The translations under genes were made by a program, and so were the position numbers. A DNA stretch of 37,118 nucleotides, taken from IMG/VR virus record IMGVR_UViG_3300037483_000661, positions 1 to 37,118 of that record; one strand, written 5' to 3'. Under the pieces are notes generated by a model. The model was given only the letters and a program-made list of their open reading frames with translations. It was not told the origin of the DNA and did no database searches. The DNA is from a virus (lineage: Duplodnaviria > Caudoviricetes). Below, one piece after another: positions 24,856 through 31,639 of the stretch. Numbering within the stretch: position 1 is the first letter of the stretch; each line of letters begins with the position of its first letter.

Positions 24856-25324
24856 GGCAGCTTACTCCTGGGGTGAGGGGGGGCGGAGGGGGCAGGACAG
24901 GGGGGCCCTGGGTGTCAACTGCCGGTTGGTCCTGCCCCCGTGACTCGTGAGCGGTGTGCGGAGGGGGCAGGACATCCCCTTGGTGGGTGTCAGCGTCACC
25001 ATGGTCCTGCCCCCGTAACCGGTAGAGGTGCGCCGGTCGGCCGGCGCTCGTGAATCGGAGCTCCTGGCACCGTTCGATCAGGCCAGCGTCGACCAGCTCC
25101 TTGAGCCGCCGGCACGCGGTCGCCGCCCGCCAGCTGAACCGCTGGTCGAGCTCGTCGCCGGTCAGCGGCCCGTCGGCCAGGGCCTCGAGGATCCGCGCCC
25201 GGTGCGTGTTGGCACGCTCGGTCATGGACTGCGCCGCCAGGTGCGACGTGCGCGGATCCGTGCGCCGCGCCCGCGGGGCCGGGACCTCGTCGAACAGGGA
25301 GGCTTGTCCGGGCAGGGGGGCCAT
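24830..25324 (-). CDS. Winged-HTH DNA-binding protein whose C-terminal extension is encoded by two guide units
   Basis: RARRTDPRTSHLAA, RILEAL..GPLTGDEL...RRLKELVDAGLIE wHTH; C-terminal GQD..DT..VLPPP repeats come from the array. Confidence 0.75.
   Translation of the reverse strand: MAPLPGQASLFDEVPAPRARRTDPRTSHLAAQSMTERANTHRARILEALADGPLTGDELDQRFSWRAATACRRLKELVDAGLIERCQELRFTSAGRPAHLYRLRGQDHGDADTHQGDVLPPPHTAHESRGQDQPAVDTQGPPVLPPPPPLTPGVSCHASLSRAR
24888..25014 (-). ncRNA. TIGR-like stem-loop guide array, upstream block (2 units)
   Basis: Minus strand GGGGGCAGGA-CCA-TGGTGACGC-TGACACCCA-CCAAGGGGA-TG-TCCTGCCCCC and GGGGGCAGGA-CCA-ACCGGCAGT-TGACACCCA-GGGCCCCCC-TG-TCCTGCCCCC; perfect 10-bp stems, 75-nt period. 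Confidence 0.9.
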
Positions 25325-25329
25325 TGGCG

Positions 25330-25977
25330 CTACTTCGCCGTCCGGAGCGCGTGCTCCCATGCCTTGCGGTACTCGTCGGCGTACACCTTGGCCGCGGTCG
25401 CCTGGATCGTGGCGACGAACCGCAGCTCCGGCGTGATCGGGACGGACGGCACCAGGACGTAGAGCGGGACCGTCCCACCCCGCGCCTTCCGGCGGTAGAT
25501 CACGCCCGTCGTCGCCGTGACCATGACGCGGACCAGGTCGTCCGAGACTTCGGTCCGGTCATTCACACGGAGCCACGTCCGGCCCGTGAGGGCGTCCCGC
25601 TTCGCCGGCCGGCCGCTCCCCGTTCTCTTCATGGCCGGGAGCGGGACCGCGATCGTCGGACCGCGGCGCGCGCGCTTCTCGGTCTCGGTCTCGAACTTCC
25701 CCAGGATATCGGCCCGGGCCATGCCGCCCGGCGGCTCGAGCCGGAGGACCGCGACGAGGCTCCGCTTCGTGGCCCGCGGCTTGAGCTTGACAGCCCGGCT
25801 CACGAACAGGCGGTTCCGGACCGTGAAGATGGACTCCATCTGGGCCCGCTGGGCCGCCTGGGCGGCGAGCGCGGTCGCGTTGAGCGCCACGGCCCGGGCA
25901 AAGGGCTCCTGGTCCCGGAACAGCGTCCGGATCACCCGCCCCACGGGCTCGGCGTTGGTGGTCACGCGGACGATCAT
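25330..25977 (-). CDS. Lambda gpZ-like (tail completion/neck) basic protein (215 aa)
   Basis: ATG 25977 after GGAGGG; PFARAVALNATA...RATKRSLVAV pattern, very basic. Confidence 0.6.
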   Translation of the reverse strand: MIVRVTTNAEPVGRVIRTLFRDQEPFARAVALNATALAAQAAQRAQMESIFTVRNRLFVSRAVKLKPRATKRSLVAVLRLEPPGGMARADILGKFETETEKRARRGPTIAVPLPAMKRTGSGRPAKRDALTGRTWLRVNDRTEVSDDLVRVMVTATTGVIYRRKARGGTVPLYVLVPSVPITPELRFVATIQATAAKVYADEYRKAWEHALRTAK

Positions 25978-26219
25978 GGTTTCCCTCCGTTCGCGACCCG
26001 GAGCCGCTGGCGCCAGGGGTAGGAGATGACCCAGCCGACGAAGAGGAGGCCGCCGGCAGCCGCCCAGACGGGCCAGAGCGCGCCGCCCAGGAGCAGCAGG
26101 GGCCGCGGGTGCCGGATCGCGCGGGCCCGCCGATCCACGCGCAGCAGGAGCGCCGTCAGGGCGGTCCCCTGAATCGCGCCCAGGCCGTAGCCCAATAGGA
26201 TCCACAGCGCGGCCGTCAT
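25974..26219 (-). CDS. Small membrane protein (81 aa)
   Basis: Two hydrophobic stretches; 4-nt overlaps with neighbours. Confidence 0.55.
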   Translation of the reverse strand: MTAALWILLGYGLGAIQGTALTALLLRVDRRARAIRHPRPLLLLGGALWPVWAAAGGLLFVGWVISYPWRQRLRVANGGKP

Positions 26220-26701
26220 CCGTGCCCCCGGGCCTGGGCCTCGCGCGTGCCGGCCTCCATGGCGCAGCGCGTGCACAGGTTTTCCCGATAGAGCCCGCCA
26301 TCGTGCACCGGCACGCCGCACTTGGCGCACGTGGCCAGGGGCGGGGCCGGGACCGGCTTCGCGCGGAACGCGGCCGCGATCCCGGTCCCGACCAGGACCG
26401 GATCCTCTAGCGTGATCGGCTCCCAGGCGTCCCGGCCGCCGAAGTAGCGGAGGAACACGCCGAGCTCGACCTCCCAGGCCCGGAGTCCCTCGGCCGTGGC
26501 CGGTGTCTCGCCCCGGGCGATCCGGAGCTCGAGCGCGCCGGCCGCACCGACCCGCCGGAGCGAGACGATGGCGCCGCGCGGCAGCGCGTACCACGCCCAG
26601 CGCCCGCCGAGCTCGGCCGCGCGCATCACGAGCTTGGCGAAGAGGTCGGGGAGGCTCCCGCGCCAGATACGGGACTCGGGAATCGTCGGGACGTTAGGCA
26701 T
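26216..26701 (-). CDS. Hypothetical protein with C-terminal CxxC...CxxC zinc ribbon
   Basis: CAKC...CTRC; in a coupled gene chain. Confidence 0.6.
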   Translation of the reverse strand: MPNVPTIPESRIWRGSLPDLFAKLVMRAAELGGRWAWYALPRGAIVSLRRVGAAGALELRIARGETPATAEGLRAWEVELGVFLRYFGGRDAWEPITLEDPVLVGTGIAAAFRAKPVPAPPLATCAKCGVPVHDGGLYRENLCTRCAMEAGTREAQARGHG

Positions 26702-27068
26702 CGGGCGCCGTCTCGGTCAGGGTGATGGCGACGCCGTGCGGTTCCGCGACGTGCTGCCCGGGCAGGCCGGCGAGCACGCAATACGGCTCCCGATCGTCGA
26801 CGACCAGGCCGGCGCGGACGAGACAGTCGATCGCCCACTTGCAGCGGGCCATGGCGTTGTCCCGGTCCATGCGCTGCGGGAGATAGAGCTCGATCTCGAC
26901 CCGGGCCTCCCGGAACGGCTGCGGCCGGCCGCGGAGGGCGCGCTCGGTCACGAGGGCGCGGAGATAGTACGCCTTCCGTTTCCGGTGCCACGTTGCCCAG
27001 TGCATCCCCTTGAGGTGATTCGCGAGGTTGGGCGGGAGCGGGAGCCGGAGCGTCAGGGTGCGGCTCAT
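26694..27068 (-). CDS. rusA: RusA-like Holliday junction resolvase (124 aa)
   Basis: LPLPPNLAN...DRDN...K.AIDCL..AGLVVDD catalytic pattern. Confidence 0.8.
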   Translation of the reverse strand: MSRTLTLRLPLPPNLANHLKGMHWATWHRKRKAYYLRALVTERALRGRPQPFREARVEIELYLPQRMDRDNAMARCKWAIDCLVRAGLVVDDREPYCVLAGLPGQHVAEPHGVAITLTETAPDA

Positions 27069-27268
27069 GCTGGCCGCCAATCGTGCGCGGGTAGTGGCCC
27101 CATGAGGATGCCCGGGCGTGGATCCCACGATAGGAGGACACCGCGTTCGGGCTCGCCGAGCTGCTCATGCCATTCATCCCATGTGAGGCCGCCTCCCGCC
27201 TCACACCACGCGAAGAACGCAGCCTCATCGGACGGAAAACGACTCAGCATCAGGGCGCGGGCGCTCAT
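27065..27268 (-). CDS. Hypothetical protein (67 aa)
   Basis: ATGA overlaps on both sides (MSARALMLSRFPSDEAAFF...). Confidence 0.5.
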   Translation of the reverse strand: MSARALMLSRFPSDEAAFFAWCEAGGGLTWDEWHEQLGEPERGVLLSWDPRPGILMGPLPAHDWRPA

Positions 27269-27501
27269 TGCGGCTGCGGTCCATGGTGACGGCCCCAGAC
27301 CGTGCGCGCGTCCTCGGTTGTGGCCGGCCGCGGCACGTCCCTGAGCTCCTGCTCGAACTCCGGCCCGTGCTCGGTGACGACCTGGACGAGGGCCACGTAC
27401 AGCAGGCAGGGCGTGCCGGCCGCGGTCGTCCCTTTCCAGATCCGGCACGGGATCCCCTTCACCGGGAGCACGTCGTCGGTGTGCTCGATCGCGATCTTCA
27501 T
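27265..27501 (-). CDS. Hypothetical protein (78 aa, MKIAIEHTDD...PCRIWKGTT)
   Basis: ATGA-coupled, protein-like sequence. Confidence 0.6.
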   Translation of the reverse strand: MKIAIEHTDDVLPVKGIPCRIWKGTTAAGTPCLLYVALVQVVTEHGPEFEQELRDVPRPATTEDARTVWGRHHGPQPQ

Positions 27502-27821
27502 CCCACGACCCACCACGCGACGAGGGCCCCGGCCAGCGCCAACACCAACCGCCAGACCACGTTGAGCCAGAGCGTCGCGCCGTAGACGCCACGGACGGCC
27601 TTGTAGAACTGGTTGACGGCCTCGGCGAGGAGCGCCGCACCGATTGCCGGCGCCGGCGCGCTGTGCAGGAAACGCACGAACGCCCACACCAGCAGCGCGG
27701 CCCCGACCGGATGCGCGATGAGCGGGCGCCGCTTCACGCCATCCAGGAAGCCGAGGAGCCCGGGCGCGATAGGCCCGCCGGATGGGCTGACGAACCAGCG
27801 CCAGGGGGGAAACCACGTCAT
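27498..27821 (-). CDS. Membrane protein (107 aa)
   Basis: Several hydrophobic helices; AAGGAG RBS; ATGA-coupled. Confidence 0.55.
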   Translation of the reverse strand: MTWFPPWRWFVSPSGGPIAPGLLGFLDGVKRRPLIAHPVGAALLVWAFVRFLHSAPAPAIGAALLAEAVNQFYKAVRGVYGATLWLNVVWRLVLALAGALVAWWVVG

Positions 27822-28057
27822 CTGATCGCTCCTTCGGTGGGGCTGGGACACGTGCACGCGCCGATATCGCCGTCGGTCTCGAGGCCGGCCGCGTCCATCG
27901 CGTAGCCGCCGGGGCGCGGCTCCCAGCGCGTGAGGCGCGTCGGGACGTAGCGCCCGATCGGCTTCCCGCACCGCCGACACGCCGGCGCCGCGGCGAGCTC
28001 GGCCTCCTGTTGCGCGCGGAAGGCGGCGACCAGCTTCCCGCGGACGCTGTGCTTCAT
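27818..28057 (-). CDS. Small Cys-containing hypothetical protein (79 aa)
   Basis: GAGGAGG RBS; CRRC...CTC. Confidence 0.55.
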   Translation of the reverse strand: MKHSVRGKLVAAFRAQQEAELAAAPACRRCGKPIGRYVPTRLTRWEPRPGGYAMDAAGLETDGDIGACTCPSPTEGAIR

Positions 28058-28257
28058 GCGGGCGTGTCCTCCTCGCCTGGGCCTTCGAGGTGCCCGATGC
28101 ACAAGCCCGTGCCCGGGACCTCCTCGTACAGGCACCCGGACGGATGCGTGCAGTAGGCGGTGACTTCCGTGAGCAGCGGCTCCCGGGCGTTCACCATGGC
28201 CTGACGCGCGCGCGCCGGGATGGGGTTGCCGAGCCCGTCGAGGATGCCGTCCCTCAT
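28054..28257 (-). CDS. Hypothetical protein (67 aa)
   Basis: ATGA-coupled chain. Confidence 0.5.
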   Translation of the reverse strand: MRDGILDGLGNPIPARARQAMVNAREPLLTEVTAYCTHPSGCLYEEVPGTGLCIGHLEGPGEEDTPA

Positions 28258-28475
28258 GCCTGCCCCCGGGACTCGGCCACGAGCCGGCGCTCCTCGGTGT
28301 TCAACGCCTCGCGGACCCGGGCCTTCGCGCCCGCCAGGCCCTTAATCACGATCGGACCCGGGGTCGCCTCGAGCACGCGCCAGACGAGGGGCGTCGTCTC
28401 GCCGAGGTAGTCCGCGTCGTCGCGGCACCGCTCGAGATCGCGGAGGAGGCGGCGGAGCTCCTCGACGCGCGTCAT
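28254..28475 (-). CDS. Hypothetical helical protein (73 aa)
   Basis: ATGA-coupled chain, MTRVEELRRLLRDLER. Confidence 0.55.
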   Translation of the reverse strand: MTRVEELRRLLRDLERCRDDADYLGETTPLVWRVLEATPGPIVIKGLAGAKARVREALNTEERRLVAESRGQA

Positions 28476-28741
28476 GGCTCGAGCACCTCGCACGTGACCC
28501 GGAACCGCGCGGGCGCCATCACGGCCACGGTGCGCGTCTCCCGGGCCTCCGCCGGCGTTTGGGGAATGGTCCGGAGCACGACGTCGCCCGCGTGCAGCGG
28601 CGTCCGGAACCCCCGATCGCGCAGCTCCCAGCCGTGCGCGAGTTGATACGTGCCCGGCGGCCAGGGCGTGACCTCGGGGCGGAACGCGATCGCCTCGAGC
28701 GTGCGCTCGTACGGCGTCCCGGGACGGAGGCGGACGATCAT
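28472..28741 (-). CDS. Hypothetical protein (89 aa)
   Basis: ATGA-coupled chain, MIVRLRPGTPYERTLEAIAF. Confidence 0.55.
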   Translation of the reverse strand: MIVRLRPGTPYERTLEAIAFRPEVTPWPPGTYQLAHGWELRDRGFRTPLHAGDVVLRTIPQTPAEARETRTVAVMAPARFRVTCEVLEP

Positions 28742-29025
28742 GGCGTGCCCTCGGTGGCGCGGATCGACGTGGCGGCGGTGTAGCTGGCGTCGATCGCGGC
28801 GGTCGCCTCGGCGAGCAGCTGCCGGGACGCGTCCGGGACCTCGCCCGCGGTGAGCTGGTGGTAGCGGCGGGTCTGCAGGCGCGCTACGCGCTCGCGCAAC
28901 GCGACCGGGATCCGGCGCCAGTGGGGCCAGCAGAACAGCCGGTAGGCGTGGATCTCGGCCGTGCACGTGCTGTAGCCGCATCGGCCGGTCGGCTCGCGGG
29001 GATCCCCGATGCCGGGCCGGGTCAT
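28738..29025 (-). CDS. Hypothetical protein with Cys/His cluster (95 aa)
   Basis: C....C.......FCWPHW pattern. Confidence 0.6.
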   Translation of the reverse strand: MTRPGIGDPREPTGRCGYSTCTAEIHAYRLFCWPHWRRIPVALRERVARLQTRRYHQLTAGEVPDASRQLLAEATAAIDASYTAATSIRATEGTP

Positions 29026-29558
29026 CGCTGCCCCGCCCGGGTGAAGAGGTCGAGCTGCGCCCGGAAGGTCTCAATCCCGGGATGCCACGCGCCCCACCGG
29101 CGGACGATCGTCCCGAACTCGGCCAGATCGTGCGGGACCATGATCCAGCCGCGGTCCGGGTCCCGGCTACAGTGACTCAGCTCGTGGTCGACCAGCGCGA
29201 GCCGCTGGGAGAGGTCGAGCTCCTGCCATGCCTTCCAGGAGTAGACGATCAGGAAGTCGACGCGCGCCAGGTGGACGAGCTCGGCGCTGGCCCGCTTCGC
29301 CCGCGCCACGACCCGGCACGGATCCGCGCCGCCGAACTGGTGCCGGTAGAGGTGCGCGATCCGGGCGCCCGCGAGCTCCGGATGCCACGCCTTGCGGACC
29401 AGGGTTGCGAACGCGGCCGGGACCTCGGCGTCGATGTACCGCGTCCCGTCGTCCGGCCAGGCCATCGGGTCGACATGCTCGGCCAGGGCAAGGCGAACGT
29501 CGTCGCCGTCCAAGCCGGCCGGCAACCGATTGAGCTCCTCCCGCCAGTCGGTCGTCAT
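29022..29558 (-). CDS. Putative phage metallopeptidase (HExxH)
   Basis: ALVDHELSHC...PHDLAEFGTIVRRWG motif. Confidence 0.8.
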   Translation of the reverse strand: MTTDWREELNRLPAGLDGDDVRLALAEHVDPMAWPDDGTRYIDAEVPAAFATLVRKAWHPELAGARIAHLYRHQFGGADPCRVVARAKRASAELVHLARVDFLIVYSWKAWQELDLSQRLALVDHELSHCSRDPDRGWIMVPHDLAEFGTIVRRWGAWHPGIETFRAQLDLFTRAGQR

Positions 29559-30259
29559 CGGGGGCCTCCATGGTGGGCCTCGAGGAGCTCGCGTGCCGCC
29601 TGGACGTCGGCGAACGCCGCCTCGTTCCCGCCGGCGACGTCGGGATGGGTCCGCTTCACCGCCGCGCGGTAGGCGCGCCGGGCAACGTCGGCGTCGGCCA
29701 GGATCGCGTCGTCGCTCTCGTCGGACTCGCGGGCGAGGATCGCGGCCGCGACCTCCGGGGTCTGCGGCGCGGGTCCCGTCGTCGTGCTGCTGGGGAGCTG
29801 CCGGAACCCGACGTATTGCTCGCCCTTCCCCGTGACGCCATGGCGGTCGACGGCGCGCAGCGCCTCGAGCGAGAGCGCGATCGCGCGGACGTTGGCCTGC
29901 CAGCCGGGATGCGCGAGGTCGAAGTACCCGCCCCCGTCGTAGCGGTCACAGTGGTAGCGCAGCCAGCCGAGTTGCGGGTGCAGGAGGGCGACGGCGACGC
30001 GGGGCGAGGCCGGGCGCGCGTCCGACCGGATCCAGCCGTCCTGCCGGAGGTCGCGGTCACGGAGATCCAGCTCGAGCACGAGCTCGCGGGTGCCCAGGGC
30101 CGCGGCTTCCCGCCGGAGGAGGGTCTCGGTCGCTGTCCAGAACCCGCCCCGCATGCCGGCCCCGAAGGGCGAGCGGACCCGGGACCGCGTGATCGGCCAC
30201 GGCCAGCCGGCGAGGACCGCAGCTCGGACCCGCACGTCAACTGCCTGTAATCGGCTCAC
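29555..30259 (-). CDS. J-domain (DnaJ-like) co-chaperone protein (234 aa)
   Basis: C-terminal AYRAAVKRTHPDVAGG..AAFADVQAA with HPD motif; N-terminal CDRY...NVRAIALSLEALRAVDRHGV; GTG 30259 overlaps the upstream stop. Confidence 0.85.
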   Translation of the reverse strand: MSRLQAVDVRVRAAVLAGWPWPITRSRVRSPFGAGMRGGFWTATETLLRREAAALGTRELVLELDLRDRDLRQDGWIRSDARPASPRVAVALLHPQLGWLRYHCDRYDGGGYFDLAHPGWQANVRAIALSLEALRAVDRHGVTGKGEQYVGFRQLPSSTTTGPAPQTPEVAAAILARESDESDDAILADADVARRAYRAAVKRTHPDVAGGNEAAFADVQAARELLEAHHGGPR

Positions 30260-30939
30260 CCCTGGGCCTCCCGGATTCGCTGAAATCGCTCCATCCAATG
30301 CGCCTCAATTCGGGTCGCCTCGCGCGCCTTGGGTTCCTGGTGTTCGTCCGGAGGACGTCTCGGATTCTCCACATCTCGACATACCTCAGAACCCGATATG
30401 ACTCCGTCACTTCTGGAATCCGAGACCCCCCCCGACCCCCCCCTATGTAGACGCTCCGGCCGGGGGATATTCCGGTCGGCGGAGGGGGTCGGGGGCGGAT
30501 TATCATCCGGCGGGGCGCGGATTATCCTCCGGTCCGGAGGGCCGGCGCGAGCCGGAATATCCTCCGCCCTCCCGGCCGCGATCGCCTGGGCCCGGAGGTG
30601 GACGTCGAGCGCCTGGCCGCATCGCGCGAGCTCGGGCCGGGTCCGGTTGGCCGGCGCGCACCCGGTCGGCAGCGTGGCGTACCAGGTGGAGCCGGCGCGG
30701 CCGTCCACCCGGGGGCCGCGGACCAGGAGCGCGGCCCGCTGCAGGAACCGCTGGTAGCGGGTCACCGTCTCCTCGGCCATGCCGAGCTCGTCGGCGAGGG
30801 TGGCGGACCGCATCGTGCACCCCTCGGTCGCCTGGTCGAGGAGCCGCATCTTGAGCCACACGAGCTTGACGCCGGCGGGGAGCACCCGCGATCGCTCGAT
30901 GATGCCCGCGGCACACGGCGGGAGCCGATCCGGTCTCAC
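30256..30939 (-). CDS. Putative replication initiator (N-terminal HTH, iteron-bearing linker)
   Basis: KLVWLKM...TLADELGMAEETVTRYQRFL..AALL HTH; internal 16-bp repeats as in lambda O-type genes. Confidence 0.7.
   Translation of the reverse strand: MRPDRLPPCAAGIIERSRVLPAGVKLVWLKMRLLDQATEGCTMRSATLADELGMAEETVTRYQRFLQRAALLVRGPRVDGRAGSTWYATLPTGCAPANRTRPELARCGQALDVHLRAQAIAAGRAEDIPARAGPPDRRIIRAPPDDNPPPTPSADRNIPRPERLHRGGSGGVSDSRSDGVISGSEVCRDVENPRRPPDEHQEPKAREATRIEAHWMERFQRIREAQG
30460..30567. repeat. Four iteron-like 16-bp repeats, consensus SCGGAWTATCMYCCGS (putative replication origin)
   Basis: 30495-30510 gcggattatcatccgg, 30517-30532 gcggattatcctccgg, 30552-30567 ccggaatatcctccgc, and inverted 30460-30475 (rc ccggaatatcccccgg). 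Confidence 0.75.
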
Positions 30940-31499
30940 CGCTGCCCTTGCCGGCGCTTGCCGACCTCACCGGGCGCCAGCTGCGTCCCGCAGCCGTCGC
31001 ATGGATTGTGGGTCGTGCGCTTCGCACAGTGCGGGCAATCGGTTGCGGGGATCCGGGCCCGGCCGTCCCGCGTCTTGGGGCCCGGTTTGGCCGACCGGGC
31101 CGGCGTCGCCCAGCCGTGCGCCTTCGCGTGACACCGCACGGCCTCCCCGGTGACTGGGAGCCGCAAGCGGTCCCGGATCTCCTGAAAGGAGAGGCCCTGG
31201 TCCTCCCGGAGTCGGCGCGCGGCGTCGACGTCCCAGGAGGGTGCGCGCGGGGCGCTCGCGGGCGCCTGGCGCATGGTTGGCTCGGCCGCCGGGCGTTGGC
31301 GCCGCGGCTGGGTGGCGCGGCCTGGGGGCCGCCTGGTGCGTTTCCCGGCAGGGAGGCGCTTCGGCGCCGTCTCGCCATCCTCCACGTACGACGAGAGCAG
31401 CAGCTTGAGGGCGGTCATCCGGTCGCCGGTCCGGACGAGCTCGAGCTCGAGCCGCGCGAGCTCGGCGTGCGTGGCGTCCAGGAACGCGGCGGCGCTCAT
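30936..31499 (-). CDS. Hypothetical DNA-binding protein (coiled coil, HTH, zinc ribbon)
   Basis: ARRLREDQGLSFQEIRDRL HTH-like; CPHC...CDGC. Confidence 0.65.
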   Translation of the reverse strand: MSAAAFLDATHAELARLELELVRTGDRMTALKLLLSSYVEDGETAPKRLPAGKRTRRPPGRATQPRRQRPAAEPTMRQAPASAPRAPSWDVDAARRLREDQGLSFQEIRDRLRLPVTGEAVRCHAKAHGWATPARSAKPGPKTRDGRARIPATDCPHCAKRTTHNPCDGCGTQLAPGEVGKRRQGQR

Positions 31500-31639
31500 G
31501 GGAGCCCCGCGAGCGGCCAGACGAGGAGGAGCACGGCCAGGCCGACGAGCACAAGGATGATCGTTATGTCGAGCGCGATCAGCCCGCGGAGCTGGCGGAC
31601 CCGGCGCTCAAGACGGCGGATCTCCGGGTTGGCGGTCAC
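31496..31639 (-). CDS. Small single-TM protein (47 aa), not in ORF track
   Basis: GTG 31639 to TGA 31496 with 4-nt overlaps at both ends; MTANPEIRRLERRVRQLRGLIALDITIILVLVGLAVLLLVWPLAGLP. Confidence 0.6.
   Translation of the reverse strand: MTANPEIRRLERRVRQLRGLIALDITIILVLVGLAVLLLVWPLAGLP

Noticed and set aside
23698-25014. CRISPR array or simple REP/terminator hairpins
   Set aside because: Variable parts are paired 9-nt segments, not ~30-nt spacers; no cas genes; the hairpins lack U-tails and enclose a fixed 32-nt CCA/TG core
30426-30443. Poly-C tracts as phase-variation sites
   Set aside because: They encode a Gly-rich linker (RGGSGGV) common after the iteron region of initiator genes; no evidence of slippage from a single sequence
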